Below, piece by piece: positions 20,606 to 29,592 of a DNA stretch of 64,000 nt. This DNA comes from Planctomycetota bacterium (GTDB taxonomy: Bacteria; Planctomycetota; UBA1135; UBA2386): NCBI GenBank assembly GCA_965223545.1, contig OZ245006.1, forward strand, positions 5,024,001 to 5,088,000. The letters run 5' to 3'. The notes beneath the pieces are model-generated. The model had not been told where the DNA came from. It worked only from the letters and a program-made list of their open reading frames with translations, and did no database searches. The stretch's first letter is position 1. Every line of letters begins with the position of its first letter. A program made the translations under genes and the position numbers.

Positions 20606-21997
20606 TCAGGCGCCGCCGCCGCGGAACACTTCGCGGACGGTCTTGGCCATGATCTTCAAGTCCATCGCCAGCGACCAGCCGTCGATGTACTGCATGTCGA
20701 GTTCCATCCAGCGGTCGAAGCTGATCGCGTTGCGGCCCGACACCTGCCAGATGCAGGTGAGTCCCGGGCGCACGGACAGGCGGCGGCGCTGCCACCAGTC
20801 GTATTGATCGACTTCGGATGGCAAGGGCGGCCGCGGTCCGACGATGCTCATGTCGCCGCGCACGATGTTGATGAGCTGAGGTAGCTCGTCGAGGCTGTAC
20901 TTGCGGATGAAGCGGCCGACGGCGGTGATCCGGGGGTCGTGCTTCATCTTGAACACCGGTCCGGCCTGCTCGTTCTGCGCTGCCAGGCGCGCTTTCAGCT
21001 CTTCGGCGTTGACCACCATCGAGCGGAACTTGATCAGGGTGAAGGGCCGCGCGTGCAGCCCCAGCCGCGTCTGCTTGAAGAAGACCGGCCCCTTGCTGCT
21101 CAGCTTGATGGCGACGGCGATGGCCAAGAGCACCGGGGACAGCAGGGTGAGGCCGACCGAGGCGCCGACCAGGTCGAGCACGCGCTTGACGCCGAGTCGG
21201 TGGCGGTCGCCAAAGCCGGTGTGCACCGTGTAGGTCGGGACATCGCCGGTCGCCGTCACCGAAGTCCGCTCGAGCGGAATGCCGAGGAAATCCGGTGCGA
21301 CCCGGCAGTTCAGGCCGGCAGTCTGCAGGAACTTGAGCACCGATTTGACCTCGGTGGTCCAGACCCCGTCGGACGGGCAGATGAGCACTTCGTCGACGGC
21401 GTGCTCGCGCAGCACTCGCTCGAGATTGGCGACCGGCCCCAGCGGCCGGACGCCGGCCGCGGCGCGCAGGTGGTCCTCGCCGGTGAAGTTGAGCTCACCG
21501 AGGATGACGATGCCGTAGTGGGGGTGCTGCCGGTAGTCGTCCGCGATGCGGCGGGCCGTCGAGCCCCGGCCGACGAACAGCACGTTGCGCGTGTTGTGGC
21601 CGCGGCTGCGCAGCATCAAGAGCGCGCTGCGCAAAGCGATGCGCAGACCGACCATGGCGCCGATGGCGACGATCAGCGCTCGCGTCGGCTCGAGCTGGGC
21701 GGCTCCGCCGAGGACGACGCGCACGAGCACCAGCGACGACAGCGTCAAGAACGCCGTGACGAGCAGGTGCTTGAGTTCGGGGATCCAGGTCGTCGTCCGG
21801 CGGGACGCATACAGATCGAGCTGGACCGCCAGCCAAGTCCAGACCACGCCGGTCAGCATCAGCTCGGCGAGCAGATGCCAGACCCCGGGCAACGGCTGGC
21901 CCGCCGCACAATGGCCCACAACGGCCCCGAGGTACAGCACGACCATGTCGAAGCCGTAGATCAGGCTGGCGAAGGCGCGTCTGTGCTGGAGGAGCAT
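20606..21997 (-). CDS. Priming undecaprenyl-phosphate glycosylphosphotransferase (WcaJ-like)
   Basis: N-terminal TMs, KRVLD, KFRSM, DPRIT, SLDELPQL, GDMSIVGPRP, RPGLT. Confidence 0.95.
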   Translation of the reverse strand: MLLQHRRAFASLIYGFDMVVLYLGAVVGHCAAGQPLPGVWHLLAELMLTGVVWTWLAVQLDLYASRRTTTWIPELKHLLVTAFLTLSSLVLVRVVLGGAAQLEPTRALIVAIGAMVGLRIALRSALLMLRSRGHNTRNVLFVGRGSTARRIADDYRQHPHYGIVILGELNFTGEDHLRAAAGVRPLGPVANLERVLREHAVDEVLICPSDGVWTTEVKSVLKFLQTAGLNCRVAPDFLGIPLERTSVTATGDVPTYTVHTGFGDRHRLGVKRVLDLVGASVGLTLLSPVLLAIAVAIKLSSKGPVFFKQTRLGLHARPFTLIKFRSMVVNAEELKARLAAQNEQAGPVFKMKHDPRITAVGRFIRKYSLDELPQLINIVRGDMSIVGPRPPLPSEVDQYDWWQRRRLSVRPGLTCIWQVSGRNAISFDRWMELDMQYIDGWSLAMDLKIMAKTVREVFRGGGA

Positions 21998-22186
21998 CGG
22001 TCGAGGGGATGACGCCGGCGGTCTGCAGGGAATATCGGCAGTTGGCGGCCAAAACGTGATGTCTCGCAACGAGAATCCGCCCCGGCGGGATGCTGCCCAA
22101 GCGCACCGGCGGGTTGCCTCGTGGCCGTCCGCTTTCTAGTTTCGCGCTCCCCCGCGGTGACCCGCTCCGGCACTGTGGCCCGTCCC

Positions 22187-23404
22187 ATGACTCCCACGCC
22201 CAACGGACTGCCCCGCGACGCTGACGCCTCCGGCCGAACCATGGGCGCGGAGGAGCTGGAGCTGCTGGCTCGGGTCATCGACAGCGGTGTGCTCAACGTC
22301 ACGCGCGGTGAGTTCGCCGGGCGTTTCGAGCGGGCGTTCGCCGCGCGGATGGGAGCGCCGCATGCCGTGTGCTGTGCATCCGGATCGGCTGCCGTGCACG
22401 CCGCGGTCGCGGCCCTCGGCCTCGATCTCGGCGACGAGGTCGTGACCACCGCGATCACCGACATGGGCGCGATCATGCCCTTGCTCTACGAGGGCTTGGT
22501 GCCGGCGTTCTGCGACGTCGATCCGGCGACCGGCAACGTCACCGCGGAGACCATCGAACGCGCGCTGACGCCGCGCGCGCGCGCGGTCATCGTCACTCAC
22601 TTGTTCGGCCGTGCGTGTGAGATGGCGCCGATCCTCGAGCTGGCCCGCTCTCGGGACCTGGTCGTGATCGAGGATTGCGCGCAGGCTTATCTCGCCAGTG
22701 ATGCGCGGGGCATGGCCGGCCAGCACGCGCCGTTGGCGGTGTTCAGCCTGCAGCAGTCCAAGCACATCACCACCGGCGAGGGCGGGATCGTGCTCGCTGC
22801 CACCGAAGGCCTGGCGCAGCGTGTGCGCCAGTTCGTCAACAAGGGATGGGGCTACGGGCTGCCACGGCCCGACCACGACTTCCCGGCCCTCAACTACCGC
22901 ATGACCGAGCTGCAGGCGGCGGTGGCCTGCGCGCAGCTGGGCAAGCTCGACACCGTCGTCGCGCGGCGCCGGCAGACGGCGGCGGCGTTCCTGGCCGAAC
23001 TCGATGGCGTGGCCGGACTCGCGCATCCTCCGCTCTCGCCGGGCGCCGCCCACTCCTACTGGCGCATGTCACTGCAGGTCGACCCCGCTCGAGTGGCCGG
23101 CGGTGCGCGCGGCCTCAGCCAACGACTGGCGCAGCGCGGCATCGCCGCGCAGCCGCACTACATCCAAAAGCCCGCCTACCAGTGCCGCGTGTTCCGCGAG
23201 TGGCGACGGTTCGCGGTGACCCGGGCGGTCTACGAGCGCGCCGGTGTCGAGCCGGCACCGCCCGCCGCGATGCGCCGGGGGACCGAGGAGTTCCTCGCCA
23301 GAGTCCTGGTGCTGCCCTGGAACGAGCACTACTCGTCCGACGACGTGCGCCGATTGGCGCACGCCCTGGCGAGCGCGGCCGGTGCTCCGCGGGTCGAGGC
23401 CTGA
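22187..23404 (+). CDS. DegT/DnrJ/EryC1/StrS aminotransferase (WbpE-like)
   Basis: IEDCAQA, SLQQSKHITTGEGG (PLP Lys), NYRMTELQAA. Confidence 0.93.
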   Translation: MTPTPNGLPRDADASGRTMGAEELELLARVIDSGVLNVTRGEFAGRFERAFAARMGAPHAVCCASGSAAVHAAVAALGLDLGDEVVTTAITDMGAIMPLLYEGLVPAFCDVDPATGNVTAETIERALTPRARAVIVTHLFGRACEMAPILELARSRDLVVIEDCAQAYLASDARGMAGQHAPLAVFSLQQSKHITTGEGGIVLAATEGLAQRVRQFVNKGWGYGLPRPDHDFPALNYRMTELQAAVACAQLGKLDTVVARRRQTAAAFLAELDGVAGLAHPPLSPGAAHSYWRMSLQVDPARVAGGARGLSQRLAQRGIAAQPHYIQKPAYQCRVFREWRRFAVTRAVYERAGVEPAPPAAMRRGTEEFLARVLVLPWNEHYSSDDVRRLAHALASAAGAPRVEA

Positions 23405-23405
23405 C

Positions 23406-24404
23406 GTGGGCGCCTTGGCGATCGGTGTCGTCGGCGCGGGTGCGGTGGCGCAGGACTACCTGGCGGTCGCCGCGCAGGCCGACGACCTCGACGTGGTCGC
23501 CGTGGTCGACTGCGATCCGCGCGCGGCCGAGGCCGCGGCGGCGCGGTGTGGTGGAGTCGCGCAACCGAGCGTCGGCGCGATGCTCTCGGCCGGCGGGGTC
23601 GATGCGGCGTTGGTGCTGACGCCGCCGGCCACGCACGAGCCGCTCGCGTTGGAGCTGCTCGCCGCCGGCCTGCCGGTGCTCTGTGAGAAGCCGATCGCCA
23701 CCTCGTCTGCGTCGGCGGCGCGGATGTTCCAGGCGGCCTCGCGCGCCGGCGTGGCGCTGATGATGGCTTCCAAGTTCCGCTACGTGCCCGACATGCAGGC
23801 CGCGCGGGCGATGGTCGCGCGCGGCGATCTCGGCGACATCGTGCTGCTCGACAACGCGTTCTGCGCGCCCGTCGACATGGTGGGCCGGTGGAACTCCGAC
23901 CACGCGGTGGCTGGCGGCGGCGTGCTGATCGACAACGGCTGCCACGCGGTCGACATCGTGCGCTTCCTGCTCGGCCCGCTGGTGCGCATTTGGGGTCACT
24001 TCGGGCGGCGCACGACGCGGATCGACGTGGAGGACACCGTCCGACTGGTGATCGAGACCGCTGGCTCGGCGGTGGCGCAAGTCGATCTGTCCTGGGCCGT
24101 CGACAAGGGCAACGACTACTACGTCGGGTTGCAGGGCACCCGGGCGACGCTGCAGCTTGGTTGGGCGGGCTCGCGCTGGCGGGCGCACGGCGAGCGCGCG
24201 TGGCGTGAGTTCGGCGACGGCTATGACAAGCGGTCCGCGTTTGCCGCACAGCTGCGCAACTTTGCCGCCGTCATCCGCGGCGAGGAGGCGCCGCTGGTCA
24301 CCGCCCAAGACGCGGTGGAGTCGCTACGGGCGATCGAGGCAGCCTATCGGTCCGCGCGCACCGGCCGCTGGGTTCCGCTGCACACCTCCACCGGGAGCAG
24401 CTGA
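23406..24404 (+). CDS. Gfo/Idh/MocA oxidoreductase (WbpB-like)
   Basis: GVVGAG, LCEKP, GGGVLIDNGCH. Confidence 0.92.
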   Translation: MGALAIGVVGAGAVAQDYLAVAAQADDLDVVAVVDCDPRAAEAAAARCGGVAQPSVGAMLSAGGVDAALVLTPPATHEPLALELLAAGLPVLCEKPIATSSASAARMFQAASRAGVALMMASKFRYVPDMQAARAMVARGDLGDIVLLDNAFCAPVDMVGRWNSDHAVAGGGVLIDNGCHAVDIVRFLLGPLVRIWGHFGRRTTRIDVEDTVRLVIETAGSAVAQVDLSWAVDKGNDYYVGLQGTRATLQLGWAGSRWRAHGERAWREFGDGYDKRSAFAAQLRNFAAVIRGEEAPLVTAQDAVESLRAIEAAYRSARTGRWVPLHTSTGSS

Positions 24405-24405
24405 T

Positions 24406-24942
24406 ATGAGCGGTGATTCCACACCCGGCGCCGTGGTGCATCCAACCGCGTTGGTCGAAGACGATGTCGAGCTGGGGCCGGGCACCGTAGTTTGGGACGG
24501 CGTGCACATCCGTCGCGGCGCGCGCGTCGGCCGAGACTGCATCATCGGCGAGAAGACCTACCTCGCCTACGACGTGCGCGTCGGGGACCTGGTCAAGATC
24601 AACGCCCACGTCTACGTCTGCGCGGGCGTCACCATCGAGGACGGAGTGCTGATCGCGGCGCACGTCGTGTTCACCAACGACCGCGCGCCGCGCGCCACCG
24701 ACGTCGACCTGAAGCGGCTGCTGCCATCGACGCCCGGCGACCACACCGAGCGGACGCGCGTCGGCCGCGGTGCCTCGATCGGCGCCAACGCGACCATCGG
24801 ACCGGGCGTCGCCATCGGCGCGTTCGCCATGGTGGGCATGGGTGCCGTGGTCACCAAAGACGTGCCGCCGCACGGCCTGGTCATCGGCAACCCGGCCCGA
24901 CTGGTCGGCCAGGTCGCCCGCGATGGCACCCGAGTCCCATAA
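24406..24942 (+). CDS. Hexapeptide-repeat N-acetyltransferase (WbpD-like)
   Basis: Left-handed beta-helix repeats, VFTND, GASIGANATI, GNPAR. Confidence 0.9.
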   Translation: MSGDSTPGAVVHPTALVEDDVELGPGTVVWDGVHIRRGARVGRDCIIGEKTYLAYDVRVGDLVKINAHVYVCAGVTIEDGVLIAAHVVFTNDRAPRATDVDLKRLLPSTPGDHTERTRVGRGASIGANATIGPGVAIGAFAMVGMGAVVTKDVPPHGLVIGNPARLVGQVARDGTRVP

Positions 24943-24956
24943 CACGCGATAACGAA

Positions 24957-24984
24957 CGTACGGAGCCAGGCTCCGATTCATCAC
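24957..24984 (+). repeat. Single REP unit
   Basis: cgtacggagccaggctccgattcatcac, identical to the arm at 14497-14524; between convergent genes. Confidence 0.9.
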
Positions 24985-24991
24985 GTCGCCG

Positions 24992-25711
24992 TCAGTTGCC
25001 TTCGATCGGAATCGCCGCGCCGGTGACGCCGATCGGCAACAGCCGCCGGATGTAGAGCTCGACCCAGTTGCCGGCGTCGGCGATGCCCGAGGTCTGGCAC
25101 CAGACGACGTCACCTGGCAGCACGGGGAAATCGGGAGACTTGCCGTACAGGATCGCGTCCACGTTGACGCGGACGGTGCGCGGCGCGCCCGAGGCGGGCT
25201 CCTTGCGCACGACGAGTACGTCCGTGGGCTTGGCGGTGATCTGAAACCCGCCGGCCGCGGACACCGCTTGCGCGATGGTCAGGCTCGAGGTCCACGGCAC
25301 CGGCCCCGGGTTGTAGACCTCGCCGGCGACGAACACGGTCGCCGGGTTGGGGTTGGTCAGGTTGATCGAGAGCTCGACGCCGGTGAGGATCTCCTCGTAG
25401 GCTTGCTCGACCGCCCCGCGGAACTCGGACACCGTGCGGCCGGCCGCCCGCAGCGAGCCCGGCAGGCGGCGCAGGGTGACGACCCCGGACGGGGACACCG
25501 TGACCTCCTGGGTCAGACTCTCGTTGTCGAACGCGCTGATGGTCAGCTGATCGCCGGGCACCAGCACGTGATCGCTGTTCATGTAGGCCGCCCACTCCTG
25601 CACCATGGTCTCCACCGGGAAGGGTGGCGCGACGGAGCAGCTGGCGAGCGCGAGGAGCGCGGCGAGGGACGCGCAGCGGTGGTGCACCGCGGAGGCTGCG
25701 CTTTGCTTCAT
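24992..25711 (-). CDS. Polysaccharide export outer-membrane lipoprotein (Wza-like)
   Basis: Lipobox LASC, LVPGDQLTI, SLBB domain VFVAGEVYNPG, LPGDVV. Confidence 0.88.
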   Translation of the reverse strand: MKQSAASAVHHRCASLAALLALASCSVAPPFPVETMVQEWAAYMNSDHVLVPGDQLTISAFDNESLTQEVTVSPSGVVTLRRLPGSLRAAGRTVSEFRGAVEQAYEEILTGVELSINLTNPNPATVFVAGEVYNPGPVPWTSSLTIAQAVSAAGGFQITAKPTDVLVVRKEPASGAPRTVRVNVDAILYGKSPDFPVLPGDVVWCQTSGIADAGNWVELYIRRLLPIGVTGAAIPIEGN

Positions 25712-25832
25712 GGATTTGCTGTCGGCGGAAAGCCGGGGTGGACTTGAGGGAGAGCGGGGGCCGTGCCGCCCATGGCAAGGGCGCCCGGCCACGTCGGAGC
25801 GAGCTTGCTCAGAGGCTACACTGGCGCGCCGC

Positions 25833-26888
25833 ATGACACCGCCGCCTTTGTCTCGCCGGGTCTTTGTCGCCCGCCGGCTGCCGGAACGCGGCATGGCGCG
25901 GTTGCGCGAGGCCGGGGTGGGGATCGAGGTCGGCCAACCCGACGACGAACTCGGGGTTGATCGCGACGTGCTCGAGGCCGGCGTGCGCGCGGCGAGTGGG
26001 CTGGTGTGCCTGCTGACCGAGTCGGTCGACCGCGCCATGCTCGAAGGCGCGCCACGGCTGCTCGGCGTCGCCAACATGGCCGTCGGCTACAACAACATCG
26101 ACGTCGCGGCGGCGACCGAGCTCGGCATCCCGGTGAGCAACACGCCCGGCGTGCTGACCGAGACCAGCGCGGACCTGGCCTTCGCCTTGTTGTTGGCGAC
26201 CGCGCGCCGTCTGCCGCAAGCGGAAGCCTATCTGCGCGGGGGCCGCTTTCGCATCTGGGGTCCCAACGCGTTCCTCGGGGCCGATGTCGGTCCGGGCGCG
26301 GCGGGCGCGCGCAAGACCCTCGGCGTCGTCGGTTTTGGTCGGATCGGCCGAGCGATGGCGCGGCGCGCGACCGGCTTCGACATGCGGGTGTTGGCCACGG
26401 GGCGCGAAGCGCCCCCGGCGGACCTGCCGGCGGGCGTCGAGTGGGTGGCTCTCGACGAGCTGTTGCGCAGCAGCGACTTCGTCAGCCTGCACGTGCCGCT
26501 GACCGAGCAGACCCACCACCTGATCGGTGCGGCCGAGCTGGCCGCGATGCGGCCGACGGCGATTCTCATCAACACTTCGCGCGGACCGGTGGTCGACGAG
26601 GCGGCGCTGGTCGAGGCGTTGCGCGCGGGCGATATCGCCGCCGCCGGCTTGGACGTCTACGAGGCCGAGCCCGAGCTCGCCGATGGCCTGCTCGCCTGTG
26701 AGAACGCGGTCCTGCTGCCGCACATCGCCAGCGCGAGCCACGACACGCGCAACGCGATGGCGCTGATGGCCGTCGACAACGTGCTCGCCCACCTCGACGG
26801 TCGGCGCGCCGCCAATGTCGTCAACCCGCGGGTCTACGACAGCGCCGCGTGGCGCGGACGCCGCGCCGCGGCGGGCGGCCCCGGCTGA
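25833..26888 (+). CDS. D-2-hydroxyacid dehydrogenase (glyoxylate reductase / D-glycerate dehydrogenase family)
   Basis: VGYNNID, GFGRIG, INTSRGPVVDE, LDVYEAEP, PHIAS. Confidence 0.93.
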   Translation: MTPPPLSRRVFVARRLPERGMARLREAGVGIEVGQPDDELGVDRDVLEAGVRAASGLVCLLTESVDRAMLEGAPRLLGVANMAVGYNNIDVAAATELGIPVSNTPGVLTETSADLAFALLLATARRLPQAEAYLRGGRFRIWGPNAFLGADVGPGAAGARKTLGVVGFGRIGRAMARRATGFDMRVLATGREAPPADLPAGVEWVALDELLRSSDFVSLHVPLTEQTHHLIGAAELAAMRPTAILINTSRGPVVDEAALVEALRAGDIAAAGLDVYEAEPELADGLLACENAVLLPHIASASHDTRNAMALMAVDNVLAHLDGRRAANVVNPRVYDSAAWRGRRAAAGGPG

Positions 26889-26934
26889 CGCCTGCGGGCC
26901 GCGCGGTGCGGGGCGCAAAGCGCCCCGCGTCGGC

Positions 26935-28047
26935 TCACTCGCCGGCCTTGGTCATCTCTTCGACCAGCTTCTTGGCGATCTCGGTCGCCTCGTTGCCGTT
27001 GTGGCCGCGGTAGTGGATCACCATGTCGGCGTCCAGCACCACGATCGTCGGCCAACCCTGCACGGCCCAGTCTTCGGAGATCGGGCGCTCGGCGCCCTCG
27101 GGCTGGTTCTGGAAGCTGCGCCAGTTGAGCCCGTTCTCCTCGACCGCCTTCTTGGCGCGGGGGAGGTCGTCACTGTTGACGCCGATCAGAGCGAACGGCT
27201 TGTTCTTCATCTCTTCCACGAGCGACCGCTCGTGTGGGTACATGGCCCGGCAAGGGCCTCACCAATCGCCCCAGAAGTCGAGGAAGACCACCTTGCCCTT
27301 GTAGTCGGACAGCTTGAACTCGACGCCGTCGAGATCGATGCCCTCGATGTCGGGGGCGGTGTTGCCGACGCCGTACTTCTCGCGCAGGTCGATCTTCTGC
27401 GTCAGCTGACCGCGCAGGCGCTTGTCGGTGACGTTCTCCGCCGCGGCGAGCAGCGCGGCCTTCGCCGCCCCGTACTCATCCGAGTCGCGGTCCGCGTTGT
27501 CGATCGTGTCGGCGTGCTCGGCGAGCAGCATGTAGCCGATGACGTCCGGGTCCTTGTTCTGGGCCCGCACGGCGTCGATCAGCGACTGCGCGGTGTCCTT
27601 GCCCACCATGTCCGGCAGGTACTGCATCATCGGCGCGACCTTGGCGATGGCCGAGCTCGCGGCGTGCGCGTCGGCCAAGGTCTGCACCGCTTGCTTTGCC
27701 ACCTCCGGCTCGGACTGCGCCGAGTACTGGATCAGCGGCACCAAGAACTTCACCGCGTCATCGGTGCCGGCGAAGTCCTCGGCGGCGGCCTGGTACTTCG
27801 GCAGCAGCGTGCTGAAGTCCGGTCGCATGGGGATGGCGGGAACGGCCTCGCCGCTCTCCTTGGCCTTTTCGGCGGCCTCTTGTGCCGCCGTGACCGCCTT
27901 GCGCCATTCGCGCACGACGGACTGGAACTCCTTCTGGAGTGCCTCCAGCCGTGCGTCGGCATCGGCGGCTTGCGGCGGGGCGGCGTCCTGCGCCGCGAGA
28001 CTCGCGGCGCACAGCAGCACCCCCGCCAGGGGGATCGTGATTTTCAT
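26935..28047 (-). CDS. Secreted TlpA/redoxin-family thiol-disulfide oxidoreductase, probable selenoprotein (UGA at 27259-27261)
   Basis: Two in-frame ORFs are joined by TGA: ...GKVVFLDFWGDW-TGA-GPCRAMYPHERSL...; TGA occupies the first Cys of CxxC. Signal peptide MKITIPLAGVLLCAASLAA. Confidence 0.85.
27217..27258 (-). promoter_or_regulatory. Candidate bacterial SECIS element
   Basis: After UGA: GGCCC-UUGCC-GGGCC, then CACGAGC-GGUC-GCUCGUG with a G-first apical loop 31 nt from the UGA. Confidence 0.6.
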
Positions 28048-28058
28048 GGTCTGAGGGT

Positions 28059-29534
28059 TTACTCCTGAGCAGATCGTCCTGTTTGCACCGATCCAGTGCA
28101 ACCGGAGGATTCGGTTCCGGTGCGCCGTGATTCGCGGGTTTGGCCGCTGGGTTCCGGGCCGAGTCGTACACCGGCCAGTGGTCGGGAAAAGCGCTGTGTT
28201 ACCCGCCGCGTCAGAAATACGGCGGCCAGCATCAGACCGATCACCAGTCCCCACCACAGGCCGATCGGGCCGAGTCCCAGGCCGGTGGCCAGCCCCCACC
28301 CGATCGGCAGCCCGACCACCCAAAAGCCGATCGCCTGCACGATCACCGGGCTGCGGGTGTCGTCGATGCCGCGCAGCACGCCCGCGGCCACGACTTGGAC
28401 GCCGTCGAACACCTGAAACACGCCGGCGATCTGCACCAGGCTCGCGGTGAGCGCCAGCACCGAAGCTTCGTCGGTGTACAGCCGAGCGAGCAACGGCGCC
28501 GCCGACAGCATCACGATGGCGAACACCGACATCACCACGACGGTGCTGCCGAGCGACACCGATGCCGCGCGGCGCGCGCGCGGCGCGTCTTCGGCGCCGA
28601 CCGCGTAGCCGACGCGGACCGCGGCACCGGCGGCCAGTCCCTGCGGCACCATGAACGTCAGCGCCGCCATGTTGATCGCAATGTGGTGGGCGGCGAGCTC
28701 GGTGCGGCCGAGGCTGCCCATGAGCAGGGCCGTGGTGAAGAACGCGCCGTACTCGAGCAGGTGTGCCATGCCCACCGGCGCACCGATGCGGACCACGCCT
28801 CGCAGCGGACGCAGCGCGAGCGCGTCGCGGCGCAGCGGCCAGACCAAGCGGTGCAGCGCCGGGCCGCCACCGAGCAGGAGGCCCAGCGCCATGGCGGTGC
28901 GGCAGGCCGTGGTCGCCCAAGCACAGCCGACGGCGCCGAGGCTCGGGGCGCCCCAGTTGCCCCAGATCAGCGCCCAGTCGAGAACCGCGTTGAGCACGTT
29001 GGCGGCCAACACGGTGACCACCACCGCGCGCACGCGCGACATCGCCTGCATGGTCTGCCGCAGCACGATGAACGCCAGGAAGGGCGGGATGCCGAGCACC
29101 GACGCGTCGATGCACTCGACCGCCAACGGGATCACGTCGGGCGGCTGCCGCATCGCCAAGAGCACGGCTTCCGCCGGCACGCAGGCGAGCACCGCCGGGA
29201 TGCTCAGCACGGCGGCGAGCACCAAGCCGCGTTGCACGTGGCCCGCGAGCTCGCCGCGGGTCCGCTCGGCGTCGGCCGCGGCCCGTGCCTTCTGCGTCGC
29301 GCCGAGTGCCTGGCTGATCAGCGGATCGAGCGCGTGCAGCGTGCCGAAGGCGAAGATGATCCAGACGAACGTGTAGTTGTGCGCGAGTGCGATCGCAGTC
29401 AGCGCCTGCTCGGACACGCGGCCGAGCATCGCCACGTCGACTGTCGACATCGCCACCATGCCGATCTGGGCAGTGATGACGGGTGCTGCCAGCCGCAGGG
29501 TCGCGCGCAGCTCGGTTCGCGTTTCTGGAAGCAC
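28059..29534 (-). CDS. MATE family efflux transporter (NorM-like)
   Basis: 12 TMs, TVDVAMLGR, RVGYAVGA, VFDGVQVVAAGVLRG. Confidence 0.92.
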   Translation of the reverse strand: MLPETRTELRATLRLAAPVITAQIGMVAMSTVDVAMLGRVSEQALTAIALAHNYTFVWIIFAFGTLHALDPLISQALGATQKARAAADAERTRGELAGHVQRGLVLAAVLSIPAVLACVPAEAVLLAMRQPPDVIPLAVECIDASVLGIPPFLAFIVLRQTMQAMSRVRAVVVTVLAANVLNAVLDWALIWGNWGAPSLGAVGCAWATTACRTAMALGLLLGGGPALHRLVWPLRRDALALRPLRGVVRIGAPVGMAHLLEYGAFFTTALLMGSLGRTELAAHHIAINMAALTFMVPQGLAAGAAVRVGYAVGAEDAPRARRAASVSLGSTVVVMSVFAIVMLSAAPLLARLYTDEASVLALTASLVQIAGVFQVFDGVQVVAAGVLRGIDDTRSPVIVQAIGFWVVGLPIGWGLATGLGLGPIGLWWGLVIGLMLAAVFLTRRVTQRFSRPLAGVRLGPEPSGQTRESRRTGTESSGCTGSVQTGRSAQE

Positions 29535-29592
29535 GGTGCGCGCAGAGCGTAGCTGTCGCGTCGCTCTTCGCGCGAGTGGCGTTCGCTGCCGG

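Larger units (their letters stand above)
18826..20611. repeat. REPIN-like palindrome (about 56-bp arms) interrupted by IS110
   Basis: 18826-18862 plus 20508-20526 is the reverse complement of the right arm ending at 20611; the arms include both convergent stop codons. Confidence 0.9.
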
